Positions 41,203-52,096 are shown, counted from the first letter of the stretch. The stretch: 64,000 bases of DNA from Verrucomicrobiia bacterium (GCA_041395165.1 JAWLBA010000003.1:9900-73899); one strand, 5' to 3'. Notes: a model not told the origin generated them from the letters alone. Numbers and translations: made by a program.

Positions 41203-42249
41203 TTGAATAAAGTCATGAAATGGCACCATTTGCAAGCGACTCACTTTTTTAAAAAAGAAATTCCCCTCATTCGAGGGAGATTCGAGGTTCCTTTTTCAGA
41301 AATTTATCCTCAACTAAAAGAAGTTGATCTTTTTATTCGCAAGCAAGTAGCCGCCTTTGATCCGGCGTTGGTGGGTTATTTGAGTTACGTTTTAGAAACA
41401 CGCGGCAAAAATCTGCGACCCGCCTTAGTTTTGTTGGGAGGCGGCATTTCGGGAAGCATTCACTCAGACCATATCAAATTAGCCTCAGTCGTAGAACTTA
41501 TTCATCTAGCTTCCTTGGTTCACGACGATATTTTGGATCACGCAGAGGTTAGGCGAGGAAAAGTTACGGCTCATACCCGATGGGGCCCAGAAACCGCGGT
41601 TTTATTGGGCGACTGTCTTTTCGCGCACGCTCTCAAATTATGCACCAGTTTCGAAAATCGACGGGTAGCAGAAAGAGTTGCGGAAGCCGCTAGCGATTTG
41701 ATTCAAGGCGAAATTTTGCAAACCCAACGTCAATTTGATCTGACATTTTCCATGGAAGATTATTTTCGAATCATCGGCATGAAAACAGCCGCTTTATTTG
41801 AAGTTTCCACTGAACTCAGTGCGCTTTTGAATCAAGTTAGCGAAGAAAAAAAAGAAGCGTTACGCCGATTAGGCAGGCATTTGGGAGTGGCTTACCAAAT
41901 TTACGATGACTGCCTGGATCTCGTGGGCACCGAAAATCAAACAGGAAAAACATTGGGAACAGACCTTGTTAAGGGCAAATTGACATTACCCGTTCTTTTT
42001 TATCTTCAAACGCTTCAAGGTCGGGAATTAGAAAAAGCGCATGAAATTATTTTAAGTGGCGAATTGGAAAGTTACTATCAACTCATCCAAGCGATTCATA
42101 CCTCAGGACAATTTCGTCGCGCTATTGAAAGTTTTACTAAAGAAATTGATGCCAGTCGTGCTTATCTTTCTGAATGCACGAAAAATGTTTATCGCGATGG
42201 ATTAGAAAAATTCCTCCGAGCATTGAAACAACAACTTGACCCTCTTTAA
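41203..42249 (+). CDS. Long-chain polyprenyl diphosphate synthase (IspB-like)
   Basis: GKNLRP, ELIHLASLVHDDILD...RRG, KTA, YQIYDDCLD, GKLTLP. Confidence 0.92.
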   Translation: MNKVMKWHHLQATHFFKKEIPLIRGRFEVPFSEIYPQLKEVDLFIRKQVAAFDPALVGYLSYVLETRGKNLRPALVLLGGGISGSIHSDHIKLASVVELIHLASLVHDDILDHAEVRRGKVTAHTRWGPETAVLLGDCLFAHALKLCTSFENRRVAERVAEAASDLIQGEILQTQRQFDLTFSMEDYFRIIGMKTAALFEVSTELSALLNQVSEEKKEALRRLGRHLGVAYQIYDDCLDLVGTENQTGKTLGTDLVKGKLTLPVLFYLQTLQGRELEKAHEIILSGELESYYQLIQAIHTSGQFRRAIESFTKEIDASRAYLSECTKNVYRDGLEKFLRALKQQLDPL

Positions 42250-42263
42250 ATGTTGCCCAGATA

Positions 42264-43166
42264 TCAATGCGATTGACTTCGCGGATCGAGCCAATCACGC
42301 AAGCCATCTCCCAAAAAGTTCAAGGCCAACAAAGTTATAGCCATAGCTAAACTAGGCGTAAAAAGCAGCCACCAATAACTTTTAATAGGATTAATAATTT
42401 GCGCTCCGCTGGAAATCATAATTCCCCAACTTGAAAGCGGCGCCTGAACGCCCAAACCTAAAAAGCTAAGAAGCGATTCCTCCAAAATAACCACTGGAAT
42501 GGTTAAGGTTAAATAGACCAATATAATACCCATAAGATTGGGCAAAATATGTCGAAACAAGAGATAAAAATGATTTTGTCCCAAAGCGCGGCTCGCCGTT
42601 ACAAATTGTCGCTCCTTCAAAGTCAACACTTGCCCTCGCACAATGCGCGCCATAGTCAGCCACTCATCAGCGCCCAATCCTACGAATAATAAAACTAGTC
42701 GGGCTTGAGCCGCTAACTCTGGCCATTCCAAACGCGTTAATAAACGGCGCATTTGCCAGTCCAACATACTAATCAAAGTAATAACAAAAATGAGCCGTGG
42801 AATACTATAAAGCACATCTACCAAACGCATCATCACCAAATCAGTTTTACCTCCGATATAACCGGAAATCGCACCATAACTCACGCCAATCAACAAACTT
42901 ACTAGAGCGCCCACAAATCCTACCAACAAAGAAATTCGCGCACCATAAAGCATGCGCGTGAAAACATCGCGTCCCAACAAATCCGTCCCACCCCAATGCT
43001 GCCAACTGGGAGGAGAAAATGCCGCAACGCTACCCGTTTCATAATCGTAAGGAGAAAAACAAGGTCCGATGACAGCTGACAACACCACAATACATAAAAT
43101 GCATAAAGCTATCATGATGCGTCGATGAATTAGAATTTGAGAAAAAAGTTTCATCCGAAATATCAC
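42264..43166 (-). CDS. oppC: Oligopeptide ABC permease
   Basis: GTDLLGRD, ARIVRGQ..ERQFV.ASRALG, LSFLGLG, GDGLRDWLDPR. Confidence 0.92.
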   Translation of the reverse strand: MIFRMKLFSQILIHRRIMIALCILCIVVLSAVIGPCFSPYDYETGSVAAFSPPSWQHWGGTDLLGRDVFTRMLYGARISLLVGFVGALVSLLIGVSYGAISGYIGGKTDLVMMRLVDVLYSIPRLIFVITLISMLDWQMRRLLTRLEWPELAAQARLVLLFVGLGADEWLTMARIVRGQVLTLKERQFVTASRALGQNHFYLLFRHILPNLMGIILVYLTLTIPVVILEESLLSFLGLGVQAPLSSWGIMISSGAQIINPIKSYWWLLFTPSLAMAITLLALNFLGDGLRDWLDPRSQSH

Positions 43167-44080
43167 GCAGATTGAATCCGTTTATCTAACAAGCCATAAA
43201 GCAGATCGACTACCAGATTGAAAGCAATAAGCAACATGCTATAAACCAGTGTAATGCCCCCCACGACAAAAACGTCGCGATTCAAAACGCCGTTCACAAA
43301 AAAAGGGCCAATGCCAGGAATTTTAAAAATTTCTTCCACAACCAAAGAACCGGTTAAAATATTAGCCGCAAGCGGCCCGGAATAAGAAACCACGGGTAGC
43401 GCAGCATTTTTTAAAGCATGAACATAAAGCACGCGCCATTCGGCAAGACCTTTAGCTCGAGCGGTGCGAATATAATCTTGATTCAATGTTTCCAACATAC
43501 TCACCCGCACCATTCGAGCGAGGTAAGCCATGTAAGGAAGGCTCAAAGCTAAAGCAGGTAAAAAAACTTGTTGCACCGTCCCCCAACCGCCTACGGGTAA
43601 CCATCCTAACTTAAAACTAAAAAGAACAATGAGCAACGGCCCGATTACAAAACTTGGTAACGCAATCCCAAGCAAAGCTAGAAACATCAAAATATAATCC
43701 GACGGTCGATTATGTCGATAGGCCGCCCAAATTCCCAAAAAACAACCTCCACCCAACGCCAAAAAAAAAGCAATGCCGCCCAGAAAAGCGGAAATGGGCA
43801 ATGTTTGAGAAATGATTTCGTTCACCGTGCGATTACGATATTTCGTCGATAATCGCAAGTCACCTCGAGCCACATCTTTCAAGTAATAATAAAGCTGAGT
43901 GAGCACGGGACCGTCCAACTGATATTGCGCCATGAGTTGACGTTTGATGCTTTCGGGCATCGCTTTTTCACGATCAAACGGCCCACCAGGAGCTAAACGC
44001 ATCAAAAAAAAAGTCAAACAAACCACTGCAAACAAAGTGGGAATCGCCAATAAAACACGGATAACAAAACGTTGCCCCAT
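43163..44080 (-). CDS. oppB: Oligopeptide ABC permease
   Basis: APGGPF, YIRTARAKGL, HALKNA, EEIFKIPGIG, DLLYGLLD.RI. Confidence 0.93.
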   Translation of the reverse strand: MGQRFVIRVLLAIPTLFAVVCLTFFLMRLAPGGPFDREKAMPESIKRQLMAQYQLDGPVLTQLYYYLKDVARGDLRLSTKYRNRTVNEIISQTLPISAFLGGIAFFLALGGGCFLGIWAAYRHNRPSDYILMFLALLGIALPSFVIGPLLIVLFSFKLGWLPVGGWGTVQQVFLPALALSLPYMAYLARMVRVSMLETLNQDYIRTARAKGLAEWRVLYVHALKNAALPVVSYSGPLAANILTGSLVVEEIFKIPGIGPFFVNGVLNRDVFVVGGITLVYSMLLIAFNLVVDLLYGLLDKRIQSA

Positions 44081-44085
44081 AAAAT

Positions 44086-45681
44086 TTATTTTCGAAACAT
44101 TTCTCGAATAGGATATTCATCAATCAAGTTCAGATGCAAGCCTCCTAATCGATTCGCGTCATATAATTTAATGCCAACAAAATGAAAAATAGGAACAATG
44201 GGCACCTGTTCTTCCACAAGAATGGTTTCAGCTTGATGAAGCAGTTGCGCGCGTTTATCGGGATTATTTTCCTGATTGGCTTGAGTCATCAATTGATCAT
44301 ATTGAGCAAAACTCCATCCCGTGCGATTATTGCCGCGCTCTGTCACAAAACAATCGAGAAAAGTATTGGGATCAGCATAATCCCCTACCCAACTGGAGCG
44401 CGCAATATCATAATCCAATTGACTTAATGAATTGAGATAAACTTTCCATTCCTGATTTCTCAATTCCACTCGAATTCCTAACTCTTTTTTCATCATACTT
44501 TGAAAAGCCAATGCGATATTTTCGTCCTGCTCCGTTTTATTATATAGCAGTGTGATGGCAGGAAAATTTTTCCCATTCGGATAACCAGCCTGAGCTAATA
44601 ATTTTCGACCCAAATCAGGATCGCGGCTCAAACCTTGTGGCGGTTGATATTGCGGCAGCCCTGGAGGTGTGAAAGATCCTGTAACCGGTTCGCCCGCGCG
44701 CGTAATGCGTTCGACAATAAATTTTTTATCAATCGATAATGCAATCGCTTTGCGAACTAAAGGATTATTGAAAGGAGGTCGCGTAACATTGAAACGATAA
44801 AAATAAGTAGCCAAAATCGGAGCAATATGACAATCAGGCCGTTTACGTAGTTCACCCAACAGCAAAGGCGGTATACTGCCTTTATCCAAAACAAGATCGG
44901 CAACACCGGTTTGATAAAAATTAAAAGCTGTCGTTGCCTGATTAATCGGCAACGCTTCTACCGTGTTTAATCGCACTTGATCCACGCGCCAATAATAAGG
45001 ATTTTTTTCCAACCGAATACGATCATTAATCCGCCAATCCGTCAGACGATAAGCTCCATTGGAAACTAATTTTCCTGGTTTAATCCAATCTAAGCCGTAG
45101 CGCCGAAGGGTAGGAAAATGAACCGGATAAGTCGTCACAAACGCGCACAGATCGAGAAAAAAAGGTGTGGGATCGTGCAGCCTCACTTCCAACGTTTGCG
45201 AATCAAGCGCTTTCACCCCCACTCGATTAAAATCTTTCATTTTACCATCGTGATAAGCCTCGGCATTTTCAAGATAATAAAGAATTTCTGCATAATCCGA
45301 AGTTGTTACTGGATTTAACACGCGCTCCCACGATTGCGCAAAATCTTGCGCAGTTACAGAATCACCATTACTCCAACGCGCGTTGTTTCTTAAATAAAAA
45401 CGGTAAGTTAACCCATCAGGAGAAATCTCCCAACGTTCCGCCATGCCAGGCCCAACACGACCATAACCATCGCGTGAAGTTAATCCTTCGAAAAGCGCCA
45501 TCACAATGCGCCCCTCCGGTTGGCCTGTAATGATAGCCGGATCCAAACTTTCCGGCTCAATACCATTAATAAAAACCAAATCTGCTCGAGGCTTGGAAGG
45601 CGAACAGGAAGAAAGGAAAAATCCCAAAAAAATAAAATAAAGAAAAAATCGTAACAACGCGTTACGGCTGATTTGTGGCAT
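44086..45681 (-). CDS. oppA: Oligopeptide ABC substrate-binding lipoprotein
   Basis: Lipobox LSS-C, EPESLDPA, LFEGL, ARWSNGD.VTAQDF, SNGAY.L, WVGDY.DP.TFL. Confidence 0.93.
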   Translation of the reverse strand: MPQISRNALLRFFLYFIFLGFFLSSCSPSKPRADLVFINGIEPESLDPAIITGQPEGRIVMALFEGLTSRDGYGRVGPGMAERWEISPDGLTYRFYLRNNARWSNGDSVTAQDFAQSWERVLNPVTTSDYAEILYYLENAEAYHDGKMKDFNRVGVKALDSQTLEVRLHDPTPFFLDLCAFVTTYPVHFPTLRRYGLDWIKPGKLVSNGAYRLTDWRINDRIRLEKNPYYWRVDQVRLNTVEALPINQATTAFNFYQTGVADLVLDKGSIPPLLLGELRKRPDCHIAPILATYFYRFNVTRPPFNNPLVRKAIALSIDKKFIVERITRAGEPVTGSFTPPGLPQYQPPQGLSRDPDLGRKLLAQAGYPNGKNFPAITLLYNKTEQDENIALAFQSMMKKELGIRVELRNQEWKVYLNSLSQLDYDIARSSWVGDYADPNTFLDCFVTERGNNRTGWSFAQYDQLMTQANQENNPDKRAQLLHQAETILVEEQVPIVPIFHFVGIKLYDANRLGGLHLNLIDEYPIREMFRK

Positions 45682-46048
45682 TGGAAGAAAGATTAGTGGT
45701 CAAATCCATGACGTTAGTTTCCAAAGACAAAATATTGGTAGAAACCGAAGTTGGCTTCGTTGTGCGTTCCGTTAACGCTTTTTGAACTTCATTGGAAGGC
45801 GTGGAGCGGTGTGCGTAAAGCGAGCTTAAGGTTAATATAATGCCAAAAAATAAAACCACGCACCAAACAGTTAAGCGACTCAACACATTAGACGTGTCAG
45901 CGCCAAAAACCGATTCGGTCATGCCGGAACCAAATGCCGCACCCAATCCTTCTTGCTTCGGGCGTTGCATCAAAATCAAAAGCACCATGAAAGCACAAAG
46001 CGGCACCAAAACAATTTGCAATCCTATGATGATAAAATTTGTCCACAT
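45662..46048 (-). CDS. secG: Preprotein translocase subunit SecG
   Basis: ILMQRPKQEGLGAAFGSG, two TMs, follows tpiA. Confidence 0.92.
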   Translation of the reverse strand: MWTNFIIIGLQIVLVPLCAFMVLLILMQRPKQEGLGAAFGSGMTESVFGADTSNVLSRLTVWCVVLFFGIILTLSSLYAHRSTPSNEVQKALTERTTKPTSVSTNILSLETNVMDLTTNLSSNATNQP

Positions 46049-46097
46049 AATATGATTTTTAATGAATCAAAGCCGGCTAAAATGTCATAGTTCTTTC

Positions 46098-46862
46098 TTA
46101 AAGGCAACTGTTTTTCACAATCGCTGAAAAACTGCCTGCTTCCAAACTCGCCCCTCCTACCAAAGCGCCGTCCACATCGGATTGATTTAAAAGCTCTTTA
46201 GCATTTTCCGGCTTCACACTGCCACCATATTGAATGCGAATCTGATCGGCCACTTTAGCGCTAAACTGCTTGGCAATCTGATCCCGAATCCAACTATGCA
46301 CCTCTTGAGCTTGCGCAGGCGTGGCATTCTTCCCTGTGCCAATAGCCCAAACCGGTTCATAAGCAACGATGATGTGCCTCATTGCTTCATCCGAAAGATC
46401 GCAAAACGCTTTTTGAATTTGGTTTCGCACTAAAGTTTCGGCGCCATTGGCTTCACGAACCGCTAATTTTTCTCCCACACAAACAATGGGTTTCAAATTC
46501 GCAGCAAGAGCAGTTTTAATTTTATGATTTACCACTTCATCAGTTTCCAAGAAATATTCGCGCCGTTCACTATGGCCAATGATTACGTAAGAGCATCCCA
46601 CATCTCGCAACATTTCGGCTGAAATTTCACCAGTGTAAGCACCTTGTTTTTCGTAAAAAAGATTTTGTGCCCCTAGCGAAAGATGAGAGTGTTCTTCAAT
46701 CAAATTCCTCACACTCGCTAAACTGGTAAAAGGCGGGCAAATGACTAAATCCGCTCGATCAAAATCGCCGATTTGCTTGAGAAGATTTTGGGTTAAAACC
46801 ACACCTTCAGAAGGCGTTTTGTTCATTTTCCAGTTGGCAGCAATAATTTTTTTACGAAGCAT
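46098..46862 (-). CDS. tpiA: Triosephosphate isomerase
   Basis: AANWKMNK, GAYTGEIS, IGHSERR, AYEPVWAIGTG, YGGSV, LVGGASL. Confidence 0.98.
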   Translation of the reverse strand: MLRKKIIAANWKMNKTPSEGVVLTQNLLKQIGDFDRADLVICPPFTSLASVRNLIEEHSHLSLGAQNLFYEKQGAYTGEISAEMLRDVGCSYVIIGHSERREYFLETDEVVNHKIKTALAANLKPIVCVGEKLAVREANGAETLVRNQIQKAFCDLSDEAMRHIIVAYEPVWAIGTGKNATPAQAQEVHSWIRDQIAKQFSAKVADQIRIQYGGSVKPENAKELLNQSDVDGALVGGASLEAGSFSAIVKNSCL

Positions 46863-46865
46863 AAA

Positions 46866-48095
46866 TTATTTCTCATTTAACGCAGCAACTCCAGGCAAGA
46901 CTTTGCCTTCGAGCAATTCAAGAGACGCACCGCCCCCGGTTGAAATAAAGGTAATTTTATCTTCTATGCCGGCTTGTTTAATAGCTTTAATGGAATCCCC
47001 ACCTCCCACAATGCTTGTGGCTTGATTATTTTTAGCAACCGCCTGAGCAATCGCAAATGTGCCCTGAGCACAAGCTGAAATCTCGAAAACGCCCATCGGA
47101 CCATTCCATAAAATCGTTTTAGCTTTAGCAATTTCCTGTTGATAGCGTTGAATGGTCTTCGGACCAATGTCGACCCCTTGCCACGAATCAGGAATTGCTT
47201 CACCCGGTTGGGTAAAACGGCTTTGACCGATTGTTTTTTGGGGGAAATCGAACTGATCAACAATCAAATTATCCTCAGGCAATAAAAATGAAATTTGTTT
47301 TTGTTTTGCTTTTTCAATAGCAGACAAAGCCACTTCTTTTTTATCCGGTTCGCATAAGGAGTCTCCAATGCTTTTACCTAAAGCGTATTGAAACGTATAA
47401 GCCATTCCTCCACCAATCAAAATGGTGTCGGCCTTTTCAATGAGTCGATCTATTACATTAATTTTATCAGACACTTTCGCGCCGCCTAAAATCACCACAA
47501 ACGGTTTTGCCGGCTCTTCCACTGCCTCGCTAAGAAATTGGAGTTCTTTTTGCATGAGAAAACCACTGACTGCTTTTTTTGAAAAACGGGCAATGGCTTC
47601 GGTGGAAGCATGCGCGCGATGCGCCGAGCCAAAAGCGTCATTAACATAAGTATCACCCAACGCGGCAAGTTTTTTACCAAGTTATAGATCATTTTTTTCT
47701 TCACCCGGATAAAAGCGAATATTTTCGAGAAGAAAAATTTGACCGGGCTTGGCATGAGCAAGAATCGATTGCACCTCTTCATAATCTTGCGGTTTCATTA
47801 AATCATGATGGAGAAACGCCACCGGATGATTAAGAAGTTCATTAAGTCGAACACCAATCGGGCGAAGGCTTTGATGAGCATCTATTTTCCCTTTCGGGCG
47901 CCCCAAATGACTCATTAAAACAATAATAGCGTTTTGTTTAAGCAAATGAATCAACGTAGGTAAAGCAGCTCGAATTCGAGTGTCATCAGTGATCGTGGGA
48001 TGACTTTGTTTATTTTCTAGCGGTACATTGAAGTCGACACGAACCATTACCCGCTGATTTTCGCAAGAAATGTCTTGAAGTGAAAGTTTAGCCAT
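46866..48095 (-). CDS. pgk: Phosphoglycerate kinase, interrupted by one in-frame TAA at 47682-47684
   Basis: RVDFNVP, SHLGRPKG, LLENIRF, EEKNDL*LGKKLAALGD, NDAFGSAHRAH, GGAKVSDK, STGGGASLE; both pieces share one frame. Confidence 0.95.
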
Positions 48096-48144
48096 ATCTC
48101 TCAGTATAGAAAGATATGGCTCGCTGTCGCGCAAAAATAATCAA

Positions 48145-49307
48145 TTATTGTACTTGGGAAGTGAACACATTGGTAAAGAAAACGCTACCAACATTGGTTC
48201 CTTGCAACGCATCAACTTTAACAATTAAGGTTACCGAAGCGGTATCAGCAGCAATGCCTTGTCCGGGTTTATTGGCTTTACCTTTATGTTTAGCAAGCGC
48301 CCTCACACCCTTTTTAGCAAGTTTACCTTTGGTAATGAGCTTAAATCGTCCTGCTGCAACAAGATTAGTCGGAGTATTAGTTATTCCTGTAGCGAAAGCG
48401 GCGTAAGACACTTGAGTTGGTGTCTCACTGTAGCAAGCACATGAGTTTTAAAAGAAAAACCGCTAGTTCCTTTAAAACGAAGTGTTTTATCAAATTTAGG
48501 TTTTTTTAGAGAAAGTTGAATATCAGAGAATGAAACAGGGGCATTATTGGTAGGGTTAGGGTTAACATTGAATCCATTTGTAGAGAAATCAATTGAAAAA
48601 TCGTCAATAGCCAAACCTTGACCATTGTTTAGATTATCAGATTGAGCCCAACGAATCCAAAATTCTCCATTGGCCGGTATAACAATAGGATTAGGGAATA
48701 CCGCACTATTCACAGAAAATAGTTTTCGATTAGGCAAAGCATTGCCATCCAACGCAAGAGTTACACCCGTTCTAGGGCTAACAAAATCAAACAAAGACAA
48801 AGCAGTCCAACCTGTATTATTGGCTAAAAAATCGCTACCACCAATCCGGTAAAAAAATCTTAAAGTCTGTGGCATAGCATTGTTTTGAGTCCACTGTTCA
48901 CCTCTATAAGAAATAGTAATATTACTAACACTAAAAGCGGTAGAATTATGAAAGCGTGCCCCATAAAACCAATCCAAATGTTGAGGACCAAGCATTCCGT
49001 TGACGCCACCCAAAGCTCGATCAAGCGACCCATTGGAGCCATAATTTTTTGGAACCACTAAAGGATTGCTTCCATCATCGGCTACTAAGCCGAAGATATC
49101 TGAAGAACCCATACCATCTGTGGCATAAACATAATACCAACCCGGAAAAGGGGTCATGTTATTCGACCATGGAGAATTGTTTATTCCAAAGACATCAAAG
49201 TTTTGACTATAAGTAAAAGGCACATTGGAAATATCAATTTGCCCTCGTAAAGAAAATTGAAAAACAAAACCTAATAAACCATATAAAGCTAATTTAGAAT
49301 ATTTCAT
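48145..49307 (-). CDS. Secreted hypothetical protein, paralog A (beta-rich N-domain + Lys-rich C-domain), -1 deletion near 48430
   Basis: Signal peptide; YSQNFD, PGWY, DRALG, YRGEQW, GLAIDDF; restoring one A joins ORFs 48381..49307 and 48145..48411, colinear with paralog B. Confidence 0.8.
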
Positions 49308-49359
49308 CGAACCAAGTTAGGATTCGAGATTTTTTTTTCAATGTAAAAATGAAAAAATC

Positions 49360-50508
49360 TTATTTTACTTTTGAACTGAAAACATTCGTAAAGAAAGCGC
49401 TACCCGCATTAGTTCCCTGAATCCCATCTACTTTCACAATAAGCGTTACGGAAGGAGTGCCGGAAACAATACCTTGACCAGGTTTATTAACTTGGCCTTT
49501 ATGCTTGAAAAGAGCCATAACCCCTTTTTTAGCCAACTTCTTCTTAATCTTAGTCTTAAATATACCAGCCTCCAAAAAAGCCAGATTGGTCGGAACATTA
49601 GTAGAAGTAGCAAAAGCAGCATAAGAAGCTTTGGTCACAACACTCGTAGTGGCAAAGATCTGGCCTTTGATGGGAAAACCATTAACACCTTTAAAACGTA
49701 ATGTTTTATTAGCCTTTGGTTTTTTCAGGTTAAGGTTAACATCTAATAACGACAAAACACTATTAATACCGTTATTATTAGTTGGACCCGGATTAATTAT
49801 ATTAGAAATACCACTAAAAGATACTGCCACATCATCAATCGCTAACCCGTGACCAAACTGAACAGGACTAGGGAAAAACCAGCGCAACCAAAACTCTTCA
49901 CCAGGGACAATTGAAATACCGGCTAGTGAATTTGAAATGAAAGTTTGATTGGTCGGATTATTACCATTTAAAATAGCTGAAAAAGAATTGGTTTGTGGAC
50001 TGGTAAAATCAACAGTGGGTTGAGCTGTCCAATCGAGATTATTAGTATCTGCCAAGAAATTCGTTCCTCCTTTTCGAAAAAAGAGTTGCAGTTTTTGAAC
50101 ACCAGCCATTTCTCCCCTTCGCCACTGCTTCCCTACATAACTCAAATTAATTTGCTTAATAATTAAATCGCTAGCATTAGTAAAACGTAACCCCATGAAA
50201 GCGCTTTGACTAGGCGCTGACAGGGCGCCCAAAGAACGATTGGCATCAGCATTGATGCCGAAATTATAAATATTTGGAATACTGATCGATCCGTCATTGA
50301 CTAAAAGAGCATTAATATTATTGGTCTCTTGAATTAAATACCATCCTGGAACAGAAAAATTATTCACCCAAGGCGTATTAGCTGGTGTTAACACAGTAAA
50401 ATTTTCATTGTAAACTTGTACAACATCCGTAATTACGATTTGCGCCTGGCTCAAACGGGAATCAACAAAACCTAATAATAAAATAAAAAACAGAAATTTC
50501 CTTTTCAT
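49360..50508 (-). CDS. Secreted hypothetical protein, paralog B
   Basis: ATG 50508 MKRKFLFFILLLG signal; YNENF, PGWY, NRSLG, YVGKQWR, GLAIDDV; Lys-rich C-domain. Confidence 0.82.
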   Translation of the reverse strand: MKRKFLFFILLLGFVDSRLSQAQIVITDVVQVYNENFTVLTPANTPWVNNFSVPGWYLIQETNNINALLVNDGSISIPNIYNFGINADANRSLGALSAPSQSAFMGLRFTNASDLIIKQINLSYVGKQWRRGEMAGVQKLQLFFRKGGTNFLADTNNLDWTAQPTVDFTSPQTNSFSAILNGNNPTNQTFISNSLAGISIVPGEEFWLRWFFPSPVQFGHGLAIDDVAVSFSGISNIINPGPTNNNGINSVLSLLDVNLNLKKPKANKTLRFKGVNGFPIKGQIFATTSVVTKASYAAFATSTNVPTNLAFLEAGIFKTKIKKKLAKKGVMALFKHKGQVNKPGQGIVSGTPSVTLIVKVDGIQGTNAGSAFFTNVFSSKVK

Positions 50509-50678
50509 TCTCTTTAACCTCCTAATTCGATCACAATAACATTGCTCAGAATAAAAGGCAATAGATAGAGATAAAAAATTTCTCTCTAAATTCCCATTGC
50601 ATTTCATTTTCATTCTTTATATAGCGTTTAGAGATCTCACTGTTAGAAAAACTAATCGTGAGCTATCTATTTTAGCTA

Positions 50679-50761
50679 GCCCGAGTGGTGGAATGGCAGA
50701 CACACAGGACTTAAAATCCTGTGCTCGCAAGGGCGTGCGGGTTCGAGTCCCGCCTCGGGCA
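50679..50761 (+). tRNA. tRNA-Leu(TAA), 3' CCA not encoded
   Basis: GCCCGAG/CTCGGGC acceptor, CAGGA-CT TAA AA-TCCTG anticodon arm, long variable arm, GCGGG-TTCGAGT-CCCGC. Confidence 0.96.
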
Positions 50762-50865
50762 TTTTGCTAGTTAATTTTTAATCAGCCCATGTATTTTAGG
50801 AAATTTGCTTGTCGAAATAGGGATTTTTTTTCATCATCCTTAAAAATTTTGAAAGAATAAAAATT

Positions 50866-51018
50866 ATGTCACAACATCGTAGTTTAAAGAGTCAAGGCGC
50901 TATGGCCGCCAAAAAAAGTGTTCTCAAACGATTTGAGCGGGTTGAATTATTAAAAAAGCGTGGCCAATGGAAATCTGGCGATCGCGTGACAGGTTTACGC
51001 AAGACTAAACCAGAATAA
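50866..51018 (+). CDS. PVC superphylum signature small basic protein (50 aa)
   Basis: Not in ORF track. MSQHRSLKSQGAMAAKKSVLKRFERVELLKKRGQWKSGDRVTGLRKTKPE matches the S.H.SL..R.VL.R.ER..L...G.W....GL.K pattern. Confidence 0.88.
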   Translation: MSQHRSLKSQGAMAAKKSVLKRFERVELLKKRGQWKSGDRVTGLRKTKPE

Positions 51019-51027
51019 ATAAAATTT

Positions 51028-51787
51028 ATGCCGCAAGGAACATATCTGCGGCTCAATCAATTTCTAGCCTCAGCAGGTTTGGGTTCGCGCCGTTCTTGCG
51101 AGCGATTGATTCGCGATGGCTTGGTTTGGGTCAACGGCAAAAAAATCACTTCTTTAGCAACACGAGTTAAGTCCCAGGATCAAGTCACTTGCAACGGAAA
51201 AGAAGTTCACCTTAAGCAAGAAAAAATAGTGATCGCTTTCAATAAGCCGCGTGGATTCGTCTGCTCCAAAAAATCGGAAGGCTCTTTTCGTTCTATTTAC
51301 GATCTATTACCCACAGAATTTCAATCGTTATTTTACGTTGGGCGATTGGACGCTGAGAGTGAAGGGCTGTTGTTGCTAACTGATGATGGTTATTTAGCTC
51401 AGCAATTTTCGCATCCACGCTATCATGTGAGTAAAATTTATCGGGTCACGTTGACAGCTTTTTTGATTTTCAAAAGAGCACTCGTCTGTTGAAAGGGAAG
51501 TTGGGTGGAGGGAAAACGTGCTAAGTTCGATGCGATTCATGCTTTGATCGAAAGACCGTAAAAGTAATTTTAAGCCAGGGGATTAAACGTCAGATTCGCC
51601 AACAATTTTTTCAGTTGGGATACGAAGTAAAAAAATTGGTTCGGACACAAGTCGGGCCAATCTTTTTAGACCATTTACCGGCCGGAAATGGCGAAAATTG
51701 AGTTTAGAAGAGCTAAAAAAATTGAAAAAAATCGTTTATTTAAACATCATAATTTACCTTAAGTTACTCAAAATAAGTAAAATATAA
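51028..51787 (+). CDS. rRNA pseudouridine synthase (RsuA/RluB family), frameshifted, end approximate
   Basis: RLNQFLASAGLGSRR S4 domain, NKPRG, VGRLDAESEGLLLLT, HPRY, GIKRQIR in shifted frame. Confidence 0.88.
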
Positions 51788-51893
51788 ATTTTTAAGGCTT
51801 TGTTTGACAGAACCACCCATTATAGCTGATGATTATAGGATATTAATTCGTCTAAATGAAAAATGAGAATAGAGAGAGTCGAGGTGAACACGA

Positions 51894-52090
51894 GTGAGTG
51901 AAGTTCGTTTAAAAAAGGTGAATCTGTAGAAAAAGCGTTACGCCGATTGAAAAGAAAACTCGATCGCGAAGGAACGCTTCGTGAAGCACGTTTGCGCAAA
52001 AACTATGAGAAACCCAGTGAAAGAAAGCGTCGCAAATTAAAAACGCCGCGCATTAATTATTGGGGAAACTTCTCTTATAATTCAGTGATA
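51894..52090 (+). CDS. rpsU: 30S ribosomal protein S21, -1 deletion in A-run near 51912; end approximate
   Basis: GTG SEVRLK(K)GESVEKALRRLKRKLDREG..R..YEKPSERKR. Confidence 0.9.
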
Positions 52091-52096
52091 AAATTT

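Noticed and set aside
11358-47684. Stop-codon reassignment or readthrough suggested by in-frame TAA in ALDH and pgk and TAG in ftsL
   Set aside because: TAA terminates many intact genes here at the expected C-termini (moeA, moaC, tpiA, moeB). Only three internal stops occur in 64 kb, in an assembly with many other errors.
48145-50678. tRNA-Leu-anchored genomic island or prophage
   Set aside because: No integrase, no duplicated tRNA 3' end seen, and the AT-rich genes lie on the 5' side of the tRNA.
50679-50761. tRNA with anticodon TAA as an ochre suppressor
   Set aside because: Anticodon TAA reads TTA (Leu); a suppressor would need anticodon TTA. The body is a standard long-arm tRNA-Leu.
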